Origin: Chloroflexota bacterium
Lineage (GTDB): Bacteria > Chloroflexota > Anaerolineae > Anaerolineales > UBA11858
Assembly: GCA_011039385.1 (NCBI GenBank)
Contig: DRBO01000099.1
Location: 1 to 50,816 of the forward strand
Length of the DNA: 50,816 nt
Direction of reading: 5' to 3'
The translations under genes were made by a program, and so were the position numbers. Of the stretch, positions 30,983 to 40,376 are shown one piece after another; the first letter of the stretch is position 1, and every line of letters starts with the position of its first letter. A model generated the notes under the pieces. That model made no database searches. It was not told where the DNA came from and worked only from the letters and a program-made list of their open reading frames with translations.

Positions 30983-31441
30983 ATGGAAGCGAACAGTAAT
31001 AAAAACAATCATAAATCGTTTAAACGGCGCCTGAATTTTAGCGTTGGTCTGTCTCTGGTCGGCTTTTTGATCTTTCTTCTGGGCGCCGATCCCGGCTTAT
31101 TTAGCCTGGATCGCAACCCCTTGATTGGATTCGTCCAAACAGCCACTTTTTCAACCGGGTTGGCACTTCTCTGCCTGGGCGGATTTATCAGTCTCAAAAT
31201 CTGCCAGCGGTCAGACCGCTATCAGTCGCTGGCGCAGGACATTGGCATTCGGCTGGTAGCAACTGGCTACCTGGTTGCCCTGATTTCTGGCATGGCGGAT
31301 ATATTCGGTTTCGGCACCCAGGCCTGGCCAGACCTGCCTTTTTTTGGCCCTACGCAGGCTACCGGCGTGGCTGCTGGTGAGTTAATTATTGCGATAGGTT
31401 TCCTGCTCTACATGCCGTTTTTTTCCAACGATAAGGCCTGA
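30983..31441 (+). CDS. Hypothetical integral membrane protein (152 aa, about 4 TM)
   Basis: Four hydrophobic helices by eye. No clear SD and no recognised motif. Confidence 0.5.
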   Translation: MEANSNKNNHKSFKRRLNFSVGLSLVGFLIFLLGADPGLFSLDRNPLIGFVQTATFSTGLALLCLGGFISLKICQRSDRYQSLAQDIGIRLVATGYLVALISGMADIFGFGTQAWPDLPFFGPTQATGVAAGELIIAIGFLLYMPFFSNDKA

Positions 31442-31444
31442 AGC

Positions 31445-31473
31445 TTGACAAGCCAATATCGAACTAGTAAAAT
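31445..31473 (+). promoter_or_regulatory. Near-consensus promoter for the tRNA operon
   Basis: TTGACA (31445-31450), 17-nt spacer, TAAAAT (31468-31473), 30 nt upstream of tRNA-Phe. Confidence 0.55.
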
Positions 31474-31503
31474 TGGCGGAGCGTTACTGAGGAACAAAAT
31501 CAG

Positions 31504-31576
31504 GCCGAGATAGCTCAGTTGGTAGAGCACTTGACTGAAAATCAAGGTGTCGCCAGTTCGAGTCTGGCTCTCGGCA
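31504..31576 (+). tRNA. tRNA-Phe (GAA)
   Basis: Acceptor GCCGAGA/TCTCGGC, D-arm AGCTCAGTTGGTAGAGC, anticodon loop CTGAAAA, T-arm GTTCGAGTC. No encoded CCA. Confidence 0.9.
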
Positions 31577-31583
31577 CTTTCAA

Positions 31584-31655
<72 letters not shown>

Positions 31656-31729
31656 CTGGTCCCCCTTTTTCGGCTGGTGGCAGAAGGCTGACACAAAACA
31701 GCCGGAAACCATCAGCTTCTTGTTATCAA

Positions 31730-31800
<71 letters not shown>

Positions 31801-31814
31801 CTGTTCTTTTAAAG

Positions 31815-31852
31815 GCGTACACCTCACCGGCTGCCCTCGGTGAGGTGTACGC
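31815..31852 (+). terminator. Strong hairpin after the tRNA operon
   Basis: 15-bp perfect stem GCGTACACCTCACCG / CGGTGAGGTGTACGC, 15 nt after tRNA-Cys. The T-tract is weak (TTAT). Confidence 0.45.
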
Positions 31853-32020
31853 TTATCCAAGGAGGAGAAGAATTGGAGCAGTGCTTTCTGTCTTGATTTC
31901 AGTGTAGCTTAATTCTTCCCGGGTCCAGTTATCAGTTTCGTTAGGGATCTTATCAATTGAGGAATCGTTACCGGGGGTGAGGTTCTTCCCTGTCCACCTG
32001 GGAGAAGCCTGGATTGGACC

Positions 32021-33553
32021 TCAATCCAGCAGGAAGTATTCCTCCAGCCAGTCCATTTCATTGAAATCCAGGTATTCCCCTAGCAATTGGAAGAAATCCT
32101 CACCAGTGGCGATCTGGTCCTGGTTCCGGGTCCCATATTCCTTAAGGAAGAGGTAAAATGCCTCGTCTCCCATCTGATCCTTGAGAGCAGCCAGGAATTT
32201 CGCGCCCTGGAGATAGGTCGCATTTCTGTAATTCAAATACTGGTCATCATACTCTTGGAAACCATAAATGGAACGATCGATCCTGCCAGTTGGCTGGTAA
32301 ATGTTGACCCGAGTGGACCACCACCAATCCACGCTCTGGGGATAGGCATGCTCATAATAAGCCAGCTCGCTAAACGTGCAGAGTGCTTCATCGAGCCATG
32401 GCTCAAGAGCCTGGTCGTTCGCGACCTGCCCATACCACCACTGGTGAGCCGTCTCATGGACAGCAATCGACACCAGGTAGCTCTTTTCAGAGCCGGCATA
32501 CAAGTCAAAGAATCCCCGACTCTGGAAATACAGGCCTTCATATTCCATCCCGTGGTTAAAATCAGCCTGGACCATGGTTAAGCTGGGCTGCTGGTAAGGA
32601 CCATAGAGATCCTGGTAAAGGGCTAAAGCCTGCAGCGTGGCCTCGAAAGCAGCCTGTCCCGGCCCCTGGTAATAAGGGAAGATGTATCCGAGAACCTTGA
32701 CGCCATTCAAGTCTTCCTCCAGCACCTGGTACTCTGGACTAATAGAAAAAACGAAGTTCCTCGCTGCCGTGAGCGAATAATGAAGTGGATCACCTTCAGC
32801 CGTTGGGGCGGCACTGGCAGCTACGATCAACCCTGGTGTTCCCAGCTTCAGAGAAACCTCAAAATCAGCGGCTGGATAAACGAGGTATTCACCAAAAATC
32901 CAGGGGTCGTGGATCAGCCAGCCGGTATCCTCCTGGTAAGGGGGCACCATAGGGTACCAATCCACCAAATTTGTCTGCAGGGAAGTATATCCAAATGGAG
33001 AAGGGCCATAACCTGCCAGAGCATTCTGTTGTGGCAGGTTCAGTGTATATTGAATTCTGAGTTCGAGGTTCTCGCCAGGCTGCCAGCCCGGGTCACCTAA
33101 AACCAGATTTAATTTGACCCCGGTTAGACTGTATCTCTCCAGAGGCAAATCCCCGGCAGTGATCTCCTGGATCGAAAAAACTCCCCACCAGTTATTGGGC
33201 GGTACAACCAAATCGATCTCCTGGAGGACTTTCCCCGCTGGATTAGAGAACAGGATCCTTTCCTCCACTATCACCTGCTGATTCGGATAATCCAGGTAGG
33301 CTGAGATCTCATACTGGGGCCTCTCCAGGGGTACTGGAGTTGGGATGGGGGTCGCTTCCTCGGTGAAGGTCGCTTCCGGGGTGGAAACCAACTGGAGAGT
33401 GGCGCTGGGTGTGACTTCCGGCAAAAGGGGTAAGGTGGGATTAATCACGGCTGTCTCCTCAACCTTACTACATCCGGGAGTTATCCACATACCAAGAATA
33501 ACCAATCCGATTATTATCAGCCAGGTAGGTTTTTGGAAATCATATTTATTCAT
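32021..33553 (-). CDS. M1-family zinc metallopeptidase (aminopeptidase N-like), probable lipoprotein
   Basis: 510 aa. HETAHQWWYG (HExxH) plus WLDEALCTF downstream Glu. N-terminal signal with ITPGCS lipobox-like Cys. Confidence 0.85.
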   Translation of the reverse strand: MNKYDFQKPTWLIIIGLVILGMWITPGCSKVEETAVINPTLPLLPEVTPSATLQLVSTPEATFTEEATPIPTPVPLERPQYEISAYLDYPNQQVIVEERILFSNPAGKVLQEIDLVVPPNNWWGVFSIQEITAGDLPLERYSLTGVKLNLVLGDPGWQPGENLELRIQYTLNLPQQNALAGYGPSPFGYTSLQTNLVDWYPMVPPYQEDTGWLIHDPWIFGEYLVYPAADFEVSLKLGTPGLIVAASAAPTAEGDPLHYSLTAARNFVFSISPEYQVLEEDLNGVKVLGYIFPYYQGPGQAAFEATLQALALYQDLYGPYQQPSLTMVQADFNHGMEYEGLYFQSRGFFDLYAGSEKSYLVSIAVHETAHQWWYGQVANDQALEPWLDEALCTFSELAYYEHAYPQSVDWWWSTRVNIYQPTGRIDRSIYGFQEYDDQYLNYRNATYLQGAKFLAALKDQMGDEAFYLFLKEYGTRNQDQIATGEDFFQLLGEYLDFNEMDWLEEYFLLD

Positions 33554-33906
33554 GAGTCAGGAGAAAGTTGATCCTTTAGGCCGTTTTCAAGATATTGAAT
33601 AACTATTGCAGCCTCATCGATCAGATCCACATCACAAGGAAGATTATGATCCAGGTCAACTCTCTGCAACAGAAATTCTATAGCCCTCAGCACTCGTTCG
33701 GGTAGATCCAGCTCACTTTTCAAGGTGGCCAGTGACTCCAGGGTATTACCGGTGTGATCGCCATAACCAACTTTCTGGAAATAGCCCTGGGCGGCCGCAC
33801 CGGCTGCCCTCCGGGCACAAACCCGGGCCCGGCCCTCATTTCCCTCGATGCGGGACTGCTTAGCCAGTAATAATTCCTCTTGAATCTGCAGCCTGTGTCC
33901 TTCCAT
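33550..33906 (-). CDS. Hypothetical helical protein (118 aa)
   Basis: Its TGA overlaps the peptidase ATG (ATGA at 33553-33550). No recognised motif. Confidence 0.5.
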   Translation of the reverse strand: MEGHRLQIQEELLLAKQSRIEGNEGRARVCARRAAGAAAQGYFQKVGYGDHTGNTLESLATLKSELDLPERVLRAIEFLLQRVDLDHNLPCDVDLIDEAAIVIQYLENGLKDQLSPDS

Positions 33907-33960
33907 GGAATGGATTATACCGTAGAGGAGGGGTACGGGAGAGGTTCGGTTTTCCTTGAT

Positions 33961-34410
33961 TTAGAGTTGTTTCATGGCACTGACCGCCAGACGGTCAGCT
34001 CGCTCATTCCCTGATTGGCCAGCATGTCCCTTCACCCAGTGCCAGTTAATCTCATGAGCATCGATAGCCCGGTCGAGCTCCTTCCAGAGATCCGCGTTTG
34101 CGAGAGGCCTTGTTTTTCCCGGAGCCCCCCGCCGCCAGCCCAGCTTCTTCCAATTCGCAATCCATTCCGTAATCCCCTTTTTCAGGTACTCGGAATCGGT
34201 ATACAGATCGATCTGGCAGGGTTCTTTAAGTGCCCGCACAGCCATCACGGCGGCAGTGATTTCCATCCGATTGTTGGTCGTTTTTCTCTCTGCCCCCGAG
34301 AGTTCCTGTTCGTATTTTCCAAATTGCAGCAATGCCCCCCATCCACCCGGACCGGGATTTCCTGAACAGGCGCCATCCGTATAAATTTTCACCCGGGGTT
34401 TTTTTGTCAT
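33961..34410 (-). CDS. rnhA: Ribonuclease HI
   Basis: 149 aa. [48 protein letters not shown]. Confidence 0.92.
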   Translation of the reverse strand: MTKKPRVKIYTDGACSGNPGPGGWGALLQFGKYEQELSGAERKTTNNRMEITAAVMAVRALKEPCQIDLYTDSEYLKKGITEWIANWKKLGWRRGAPGKTRPLANADLWKELDRAIDAHEINWHWVKGHAGQSGNERADRLAVSAMKQL

Positions 34411-34437
34411 TTAGTTCCTCCAATGCAGGAGATATCT

Positions 34438-35868
34438 CTATTCCCGGCCCCATTCCAGCAGCTCTGACGCTACCAGGTCAAGGACGTCAAGCTGATCGTC
34501 CAGGTCAATATTTGGGCTGGCTAAAATTTCTTCGAATGCGTCCTCCACTGCTAGCTTCACGATCTGCCAGGAAGGATGCGGCGGTTTTGATCGGCTGTAT
34601 TTTAACAAATTCAACCCGCTCGCCCAGGCAGGATTCTCCTTTCTGAACTCCTGCAGGAACTGGAGGCTGTCCTTTCTGGTCGGATAATAACCGCTGTACT
34701 GCGACCATTCTGCCTGTACCTCTGGTGAGGTCAGGTACTTGAGAAATAACCAGGAAGCCAATTCAGCTTTGGGTGTGGTTTCAAAAATTACCACTGACTG
34801 CTGATCTGAAGTTACCACCTTGGTCCCGCCAGGGCCCAGGAAAGGGAGCATTTGCCAATCGTCTGCCCACCCAGTTTGGATGTGCTCTTGCATCAAGGAG
34901 GATCCCATGATCATCAGGGCTTCGCGCTGATTAAACCGCTCAAATTCTTCTTCGATTGCCATGGGGTTGGGATAATTAGAGATCAGCTGGCCGCATCCAT
35001 CCAGGGATAACTCCCTCCAATCTCTGGCGAACTCCCTGATCTCCCGCGAGGAGAAGCGGTACCCCTCATCAACCGAAATATACGGATCCCCCCCATAGGC
35101 ATAAATAAACGAGAGAATATTCGCTGCCTGGGGAGACAATATCAACCCTGCGGGCTCACCATTCCCTGCCGGGCTGCAGCTTTGCTCCCAATAATCCTCC
35201 ACCGTAACCGGGAGAGATTGAATATCCAACTCCTGTGCCCAGCTCTCGTTGTAATAGACCACCTGAATGGATTGAGAGAAAGGTATGCCAGCACGCACAG
35301 ATCCATCCAGGATAAATTCGCTGAAAACGCCAGGATAAAATGCCTTCTGGTCTGCCTTTTTCATCCCCGCTGCCGGGTCATTCAGAAAAGGATTCAAATC
35401 CACAGTTAAGCCAGATTGATACCATTCCGTGATCACAGAGGATTCTCCCACCATTATGTGGGGCATCTGCCCTTCCTCAAGCGCGGATTCCACGGAAGCC
35501 AATGGATCCAAAACAAGGCCTCGATCCTGGGGAATCACGGTAATTCCCCACTGGTTTTCGCGATTGAAACGATCCACAATGGCGTTCATCCCCGCCCCGG
35601 GTTCATCCCGGTCGCAAGCATACCAGAACTCGACCTCCTGTCCTTCCAGATCCAACCAGTCTATCCCCAGGGGGTCAGGTTCGGGTGTCTGGCTGGAAGC
35701 TTCCATTTCACTAAGGGCCGTTAGCGTCGCGGGGGGGATGGTCTTTGCGAACAAAGAGGTAGGCTCGAGTGTTCCTTTGAGCTGCGGGAACTCTCCGCAA
35801 GCTGAAAGGATCAGAGCAAGCAGACAAATAAGGAAGACAAGAGGAAACCTGGAGCGGATGAATTTCAT
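34438..35868 (-). CDS. Extracellular solute-binding protein (ABC transporter family 1 SBP), lipoprotein
   Basis: Start taken at MKFIRSRFPL (ATG 35868). Lipobox LSAC. SBP_bac_1-like length and composition. No permease or ATPase gene is adjacent. Confidence 0.75.
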   Translation of the reverse strand: MKFIRSRFPLVFLICLLALILSACGEFPQLKGTLEPTSLFAKTIPPATLTALSEMEASSQTPEPDPLGIDWLDLEGQEVEFWYACDRDEPGAGMNAIVDRFNRENQWGITVIPQDRGLVLDPLASVESALEEGQMPHIMVGESSVITEWYQSGLTVDLNPFLNDPAAGMKKADQKAFYPGVFSEFILDGSVRAGIPFSQSIQVVYYNESWAQELDIQSLPVTVEDYWEQSCSPAGNGEPAGLILSPQAANILSFIYAYGGDPYISVDEGYRFSSREIREFARDWRELSLDGCGQLISNYPNPMAIEEEFERFNQREALMIMGSSLMQEHIQTGWADDWQMLPFLGPGGTKVVTSDQQSVVIFETTPKAELASWLFLKYLTSPEVQAEWSQYSGYYPTRKDSLQFLQEFRKENPAWASGLNLLKYSRSKPPHPSWQIVKLAVEDAFEEILASPNIDLDDQLDVLDLVASELLEWGRE

Positions 35869-35953
35869 AATCTCTGAGAGCAACATCCCTATTGTAACAA
35901 AAAGCAAGGTACATTCCTGTACCTTGCGGGAAATTTTTCAAATTGGTTTTTAC

Positions 35954-37168
35954 TTACTGGAGGAAATCCCAGGGATTCACTTTGACCCCCATATATATCA
36001 TTTCAAAGTGCAGGTGCGGACCGGATGATCTGCCTGTTGTGCCCAGTCCACCGATCAACTCGCCCTGGTTTACGCTCTGACCGCAGCCCACATTAATTGT
36101 GTTCAAGTGGGCATAGAGCGTCTGCCAACCCCCTCCATGGTCAATGACCACCAGGTTTCCATATCCATAATTGCTCCAGCCCGAATACACCACAACCCCA
36201 TTATCGGATGCCCAGACCGGGTTTCCAAGGCTGCCAGCAATATCGATTGCTGGATGAATAGGCGGGTTATATGGATAGCCGGATAACCAGCGTTCAGTAG
36301 TTGGCCAGAGGAAGATTCCCACACCCACTGACCCGGTATAAATGGTTCCACAATGACCGGGACCATAGGTCGCCGCAATGGCCGGGTTGTCTCGGGTGAT
36401 AGCCGGGGGGCCATAATCCACCAGTTCTCGCTCGCCGCCCGGGACAATTAACATTTGTCCGTTCTCAAAGGATGGATTATCCAGGTCAAAATCATAGATA
36501 TCAAGATGATTGCCGGGATACTGGACAATATCCAGCGGATCGACGCCGTAATATTCAGCGACTTTATAAAGGCTTTCACCTTCTCGCCACTTATGATAAG
36601 TCCCATTTACTGGCAGAATATTAAGCTTCTGGTCGGGTTGGAGCATATGAGGGTTATCCGCCAGGGTTTCAAAATTCCCCCATAAAATGGTTTCCGGTTT
36701 TAATCCAAAGTTTTCTGCGATAGCAAAAAGGGAATCGCCGTATTCTACAGTGTAGGTGATCACTTCAACCCTGGCCCGTGTCGGAATGATTGTGTGAATG
36801 ACTGCAGCTCTATGAATTCCGCGGTTGAGAGTGGATCGATCTATAACAAAACTGGGCATCGCCAGGATCTCTCCCTGGGCTGGGGGGTTCTCTCCCTCCT
36901 CGTCCTCTGAGGTTTGCAAGCCAAACACGGGCGATGAAGCCTGTCTCCCCTGCAATTCAGGCAGGAAGAACTTTATCGCCAGGATCACAACCAGAACCAG
37001 CAGGATCACACCAGCGATAGTGATGGATCTCCGACCTCTTTCACCTGCCGTAATTTCTGATATAGAATCCCTGATTCGCGAGAAAAAATCCCTTGAATTA
37101 CTATTCTGGGGTAATTCTTCCTGTTCCTCAGTCTGATTTTCTTCCATTGATCGAATCCTCCGCGACAA
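35954..37168 (-). CDS. LysM-domain M23 family metallopeptidase (cell-wall endopeptidase)
   Basis: 404 aa with one TM anchor and two LysM repeats (YTVEYGDSLFAIAENFG; YHKWREGESLYKVAEYYG). M23 motifs HPAIDIA, LYAHL, GPHLHFE. Confidence 0.88.
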   Translation of the reverse strand: MSRRIRSMEENQTEEQEELPQNSNSRDFFSRIRDSISEITAGERGRRSITIAGVILLVLVVILAIKFFLPELQGRQASSPVFGLQTSEDEEGENPPAQGEILAMPSFVIDRSTLNRGIHRAAVIHTIIPTRARVEVITYTVEYGDSLFAIAENFGLKPETILWGNFETLADNPHMLQPDQKLNILPVNGTYHKWREGESLYKVAEYYGVDPLDIVQYPGNHLDIYDFDLDNPSFENGQMLIVPGGERELVDYGPPAITRDNPAIAATYGPGHCGTIYTGSVGVGIFLWPTTERWLSGYPYNPPIHPAIDIAGSLGNPVWASDNGVVVYSGWSNYGYGNLVVIDHGGGWQTLYAHLNTINVGCGQSVNQGELIGGLGTTGRSSGPHLHFEMIYMGVKVNPWDFLQ

Positions 37169-37345
37169 CTATATCACCTGCCTAATGCCCCGTCAAGAAA
37201 CACAAGTTTGGATTAATAAAAGCATAATAAGGGGGTAAAATTAGCCTGAAAGGCGTAGTTCCCTGGCCTTTCAGAAGGGAGGACTTGTCCGCAGGTTCCC
37301 TCTGTGGCACAATTAGAAAGGACTTTTTTTTACTTAAGGACTGCC

Positions 37346-37678
37346 ATGTCACGCTGGACACTATTTTTCCTGGTTATACTGCTGGGGTTGGGATTGGGTT
37401 TAGTCTATGGCTGGTTGATCAACCCGGTCAGCTTCCAGGACACAACACTCAGCAACCTGAGAATTGATTATAAAACCGACTATACCCTGATGGTGGCGGA
37501 AGTATACCACCAGGACAATGACCTGGTATGGGCTCTTAACCGTTTGACTCTGCTAGAAGACCCCACTCCCCTGACCAGTGTCGAAAATGCTCTCCGTTTT
37601 GCCTCCCAGGCTGAATACACCCTCCCGGATATGTTCCTGCTCAGGGATCTTCATAATGCGATAGAGGGGGCCAACTAG
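37346..37678 (+). CDS. Hypothetical membrane-anchored protein (110 aa), paralog of the N-terminal module of the next gene
   Basis: Start at ATG 37346 (AAGGA SD). N-terminal TM LFFLVILLGLGLGLVYGWLINPV. Confidence 0.55.
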   Translation: MSRWTLFFLVILLGLGLGLVYGWLINPVSFQDTTLSNLRIDYKTDYTLMVAEVYHQDNDLVWALNRLTLLEDPTPLTSVENALRFASQAEYTLPDMFLLRDLHNAIEGAN

Positions 37679-37682
37679 CCTT

Positions 37683-38531
37683 ATGGATCAAAACCGCGGC
37701 AACTGGTATCTCCTAACCGGCCTTGTGCTTGGCCTGATCATGGGCCTGGTTTACGCCTGGGTGATTTCCCCTATCGAGGAAGTTGACTCCCATCCCCATT
37801 TGCTCAGAGAAGATTATCAAGATATCTACCGGGCTCTGATCTCCCGCGCCTATCAGGCCAACAACAACCTGCCCCGGGCTGAAGCCCGCCTGGAATTGAT
37901 CGCCGACGAAGATCCAGCCCTGGCCCTGGCGGCCCAAGCCCAGCGCTACCTGGCAGAAGGCGGAGATGTAGGAACGGCAAAAGTCCTGGCTAATCTTTCG
38001 GCCGCCTTGCAGTCAGCTGCCATACCTGCGGAGACACCGCTCGCTCCCTCAACGGAGGAAAATTCCCAGGACCAGCAAACGGGCACACAAATCACCCCTA
38101 CAGTGGGTGATAACGGGGAAGAAGCTGCTCAGAGCACTCCCACCTCTGAAGTTGAAGAGCCATCTGCCCCCACGCTCACGCCCACCGAGTCTCCTCCCTT
38201 CATTCTGCAGGATTCATCGCCGATTTGCGACCCAACCCTGGGAGAATCCCTGATTCAAATCATCGCCACCACCGGAGAGGGCGAAGGGGTTCCGGGTGTA
38301 GCCCTGGAAATTTCCCTGGGGCCAGATCTCAAGGAAGTCTTTTATACGGGATTGAAACCTGAAATGGGGCTGGGTTATGCGGATTTTTTAGCCGAACCGG
38401 GCTTAACCTACACGTTTGAAGTCCCCGAGAGCGGACTGGTGGTCTCGGATATTGAAGTGCCGATCTGTTCAACAGATACAGAAGACTCTTACTGGGGCGG
38501 CTGGGAAATATATATCACCCACCCGAATTAA
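37683..38531 (+). CDS. Hypothetical membrane-anchored protein (282 aa) with a Pro/Thr/Glu-rich linker and a C-terminal domain
   Basis: N-terminal TM LLTGLVLGLIMGLVYAWVISPIE. A low-complexity region STPTSEVEEPSAPTLTPTESPP precedes the C-terminal domain. Confidence 0.6.
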   Translation: MDQNRGNWYLLTGLVLGLIMGLVYAWVISPIEEVDSHPHLLREDYQDIYRALISRAYQANNNLPRAEARLELIADEDPALALAAQAQRYLAEGGDVGTAKVLANLSAALQSAAIPAETPLAPSTEENSQDQQTGTQITPTVGDNGEEAAQSTPTSEVEEPSAPTLTPTESPPFILQDSSPICDPTLGESLIQIIATTGEGEGVPGVALEISLGPDLKEVFYTGLKPEMGLGYADFLAEPGLTYTFEVPESGLVVSDIEVPICSTDTEDSYWGGWEIYITHPN

Positions 38532-38802
38532 TTGTTTCGGAACCTTTTCCAATCCAAAAATGGTCCGGAAGGACCTTCTCATTCTTAAGTACCAGTATTT
38601 TCCCTATTTTCATAGGCTCTTGCTCAGCTGTTTTCTGAGTCCGTTTACTCCCGCCAATTTCCCCCTTGACCGTCTTGGGGTGCACATAGCATAAATCCGG
38701 GTTCACACCATATTTTTGTTGATAGTATCTGGCAGCCTTTTCGACTTTGCTGGGTATGCTGGCCTTCTTATCATTATCAAACCACAACATGCCAATTTCC
38801 AT
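38515..38802 (-). CDS. Hypothetical small protein (95 aa)
   Basis: Start at MEIGMLWFDND (ATG 38802, GGGAG SD 6 nt upstream). Its 3' end overlaps the convergent gene by 17 nt. Confidence 0.45.
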   Translation of the reverse strand: MEIGMLWFDNDKKASIPSKVEKAARYYQQKYGVNPDLCYVHPKTVKGEIGGSKRTQKTAEQEPMKIGKILVLKNEKVLPDHFWIGKGSETINSGG

Positions 38803-38974
38803 GAGGGACTCCCTATTCCATTTGTCTGGCTGAACGGACCGCCAGCCCGCCCAGATCAATAGTAGAACATCTGTTCTGTATTATTATAGCGGATTTAGCC
38901 TTTTTTTGCAAGCAGGGGCCAAAGTAATTTCTTCCCTTCCCGACTCACAATCCCAAACCGTTTATAATGGGTGC

Positions 38975-40375
38975 ATGGCAAAATCATTTACTCAATACGT
39001 CTGTCAGGATTGTGGCTATATCAACCCCCGTTATCTGGGGCGTTGTCCCAACTGCGGTGCCTGGAATACGATGGCAGAAGAAATTGTCTCCAAAAGCAGC
39101 CCGCTGGCGTCTCAATCCTCTGCTCGTTTTAATGCAACATCCGTGCCGCGACCCATCCAGCTTATTCAATCTGATGAAGGAAAAAGGATCCAGCTTGAAC
39201 ACCTGGAGTTCTCCCGGGTGCTCGGCGGCGGTCTGGTCCCCGGTTCCATCAACCTGATCGGCGGCGACCCAGGGATAGGCAAGTCCACCCTGCTGCTGCA
39301 AATCGCGCTCGAACTGGCGGCCAGCCAGTCGGTATTATATGTATCGGGTGAAGAATCTGAGCGCCAGATCAAAATGCGGGCCGATCGCCTGCACAGGGAC
39401 CCAAGCGGCAAGGCGCTACCCCTTCCCGAGAACCTGCTGCTGGTTACGGAAACAAACCTGAACGTCATCCTTGATCACGCGGACAGTACCCGGCCCGAGC
39501 TGCTTATCGTGGATTCTATCCAGACCAGTTACCTCCCCGAACTTGAATCCTCTGCAGGATCTGTATCACAGGTCCGGGAAAGCGCTTCCAGACTGCGGGA
39601 ATATGCCAAACGCACAGGCACCAGTATTTTCCTGATTGGGCACGTTACCAAAGAGGGCACTATAGCCGGACCCAGGGTGCTGGAACACATTGTTGACACC
39701 GTGCTGTACCTGGAAGGCGACCGCTACCAGGCTTACCGATTACTCCGGTCGGTTAAAAACCGCTTCGGCGCCACCTCCGAGGTGGGCGTGTTTGAGATGC
39801 AGGAGGGAGGGATGATCGAGATCAGCAACCCTTCCGAAGCCTTCCTGGCCGAGAGGATGGTCAACGCTCCCGGATCAGCTATTGCGGTCACCATGGAGGG
39901 CACCCGCCCGATTCTGGTAGAGATCCAGGGGTTGACCAATACTACAACCTTCGGCAACCCCCGGCGCACACCCAACGGGATCGAGTTCAACCGCCTGCTG
40001 CTGATCAGCGCCGTCCTCACCCGCAGGGCAGGGATCAAGCTGACAGACCAGGACGTATTTGTCAACGTTGTGGGGGGATTAAAGATCAGCGAGCCGGCCG
40101 CGGACCTGGCTGTCGCTACCGCGATTGCCAGCTCCATCAAAGACACCCCGGTTAAGGCGGATACGATCTTGATCGGTGAAATCGGTCTCTCGGGAGAACT
40201 GCGCATGGCCAGCCGGATGAGCGATCGCCTGGGAGAAGCAGCCAAACTCGGTTTTCAATCTGCTATCATTCCCAAAAGAATTAGAAGTGGGGGAATTCCC
40301 TGGCCTTCCGGGATCGATGTCCTTGAAGTCCGATCCCTCAGTCAAGCCCTGAAAGAAGCCCTGCTTAAAAAATAA
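38975..40375 (+). CDS. radA: DNA repair protein RadA/Sms
   Basis: Start at MAKSFTQYVCQDCGY (zinc finger CxxC..CxxC). Walker A GDPGIGKST, KNRFG motif, C-terminal Lon-like domain. Confidence 0.93.
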   Translation: MAKSFTQYVCQDCGYINPRYLGRCPNCGAWNTMAEEIVSKSSPLASQSSARFNATSVPRPIQLIQSDEGKRIQLEHLEFSRVLGGGLVPGSINLIGGDPGIGKSTLLLQIALELAASQSVLYVSGEESERQIKMRADRLHRDPSGKALPLPENLLLVTETNLNVILDHADSTRPELLIVDSIQTSYLPELESSAGSVSQVRESASRLREYAKRTGTSIFLIGHVTKEGTIAGPRVLEHIVDTVLYLEGDRYQAYRLLRSVKNRFGATSEVGVFEMQEGGMIEISNPSEAFLAERMVNAPGSAIAVTMEGTRPILVEIQGLTNTTTFGNPRRTPNGIEFNRLLLISAVLTRRAGIKLTDQDVFVNVVGGLKISEPAADLAVATAIASSIKDTPVKADTILIGEIGLSGELRMASRMSDRLGEAAKLGFQSAIIPKRIRSGGIPWPSGIDVLEVRSLSQALKEALLKK

Positions 40376-40376
40376 G

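Noticed and set aside
31801-32020. Possible integration site or genomic island downstream of the tRNA-Cys gene
   Set aside because: No integrase, no direct repeat of the tRNA 3' end, and the flanking genes look like ordinary chromosomal genes.
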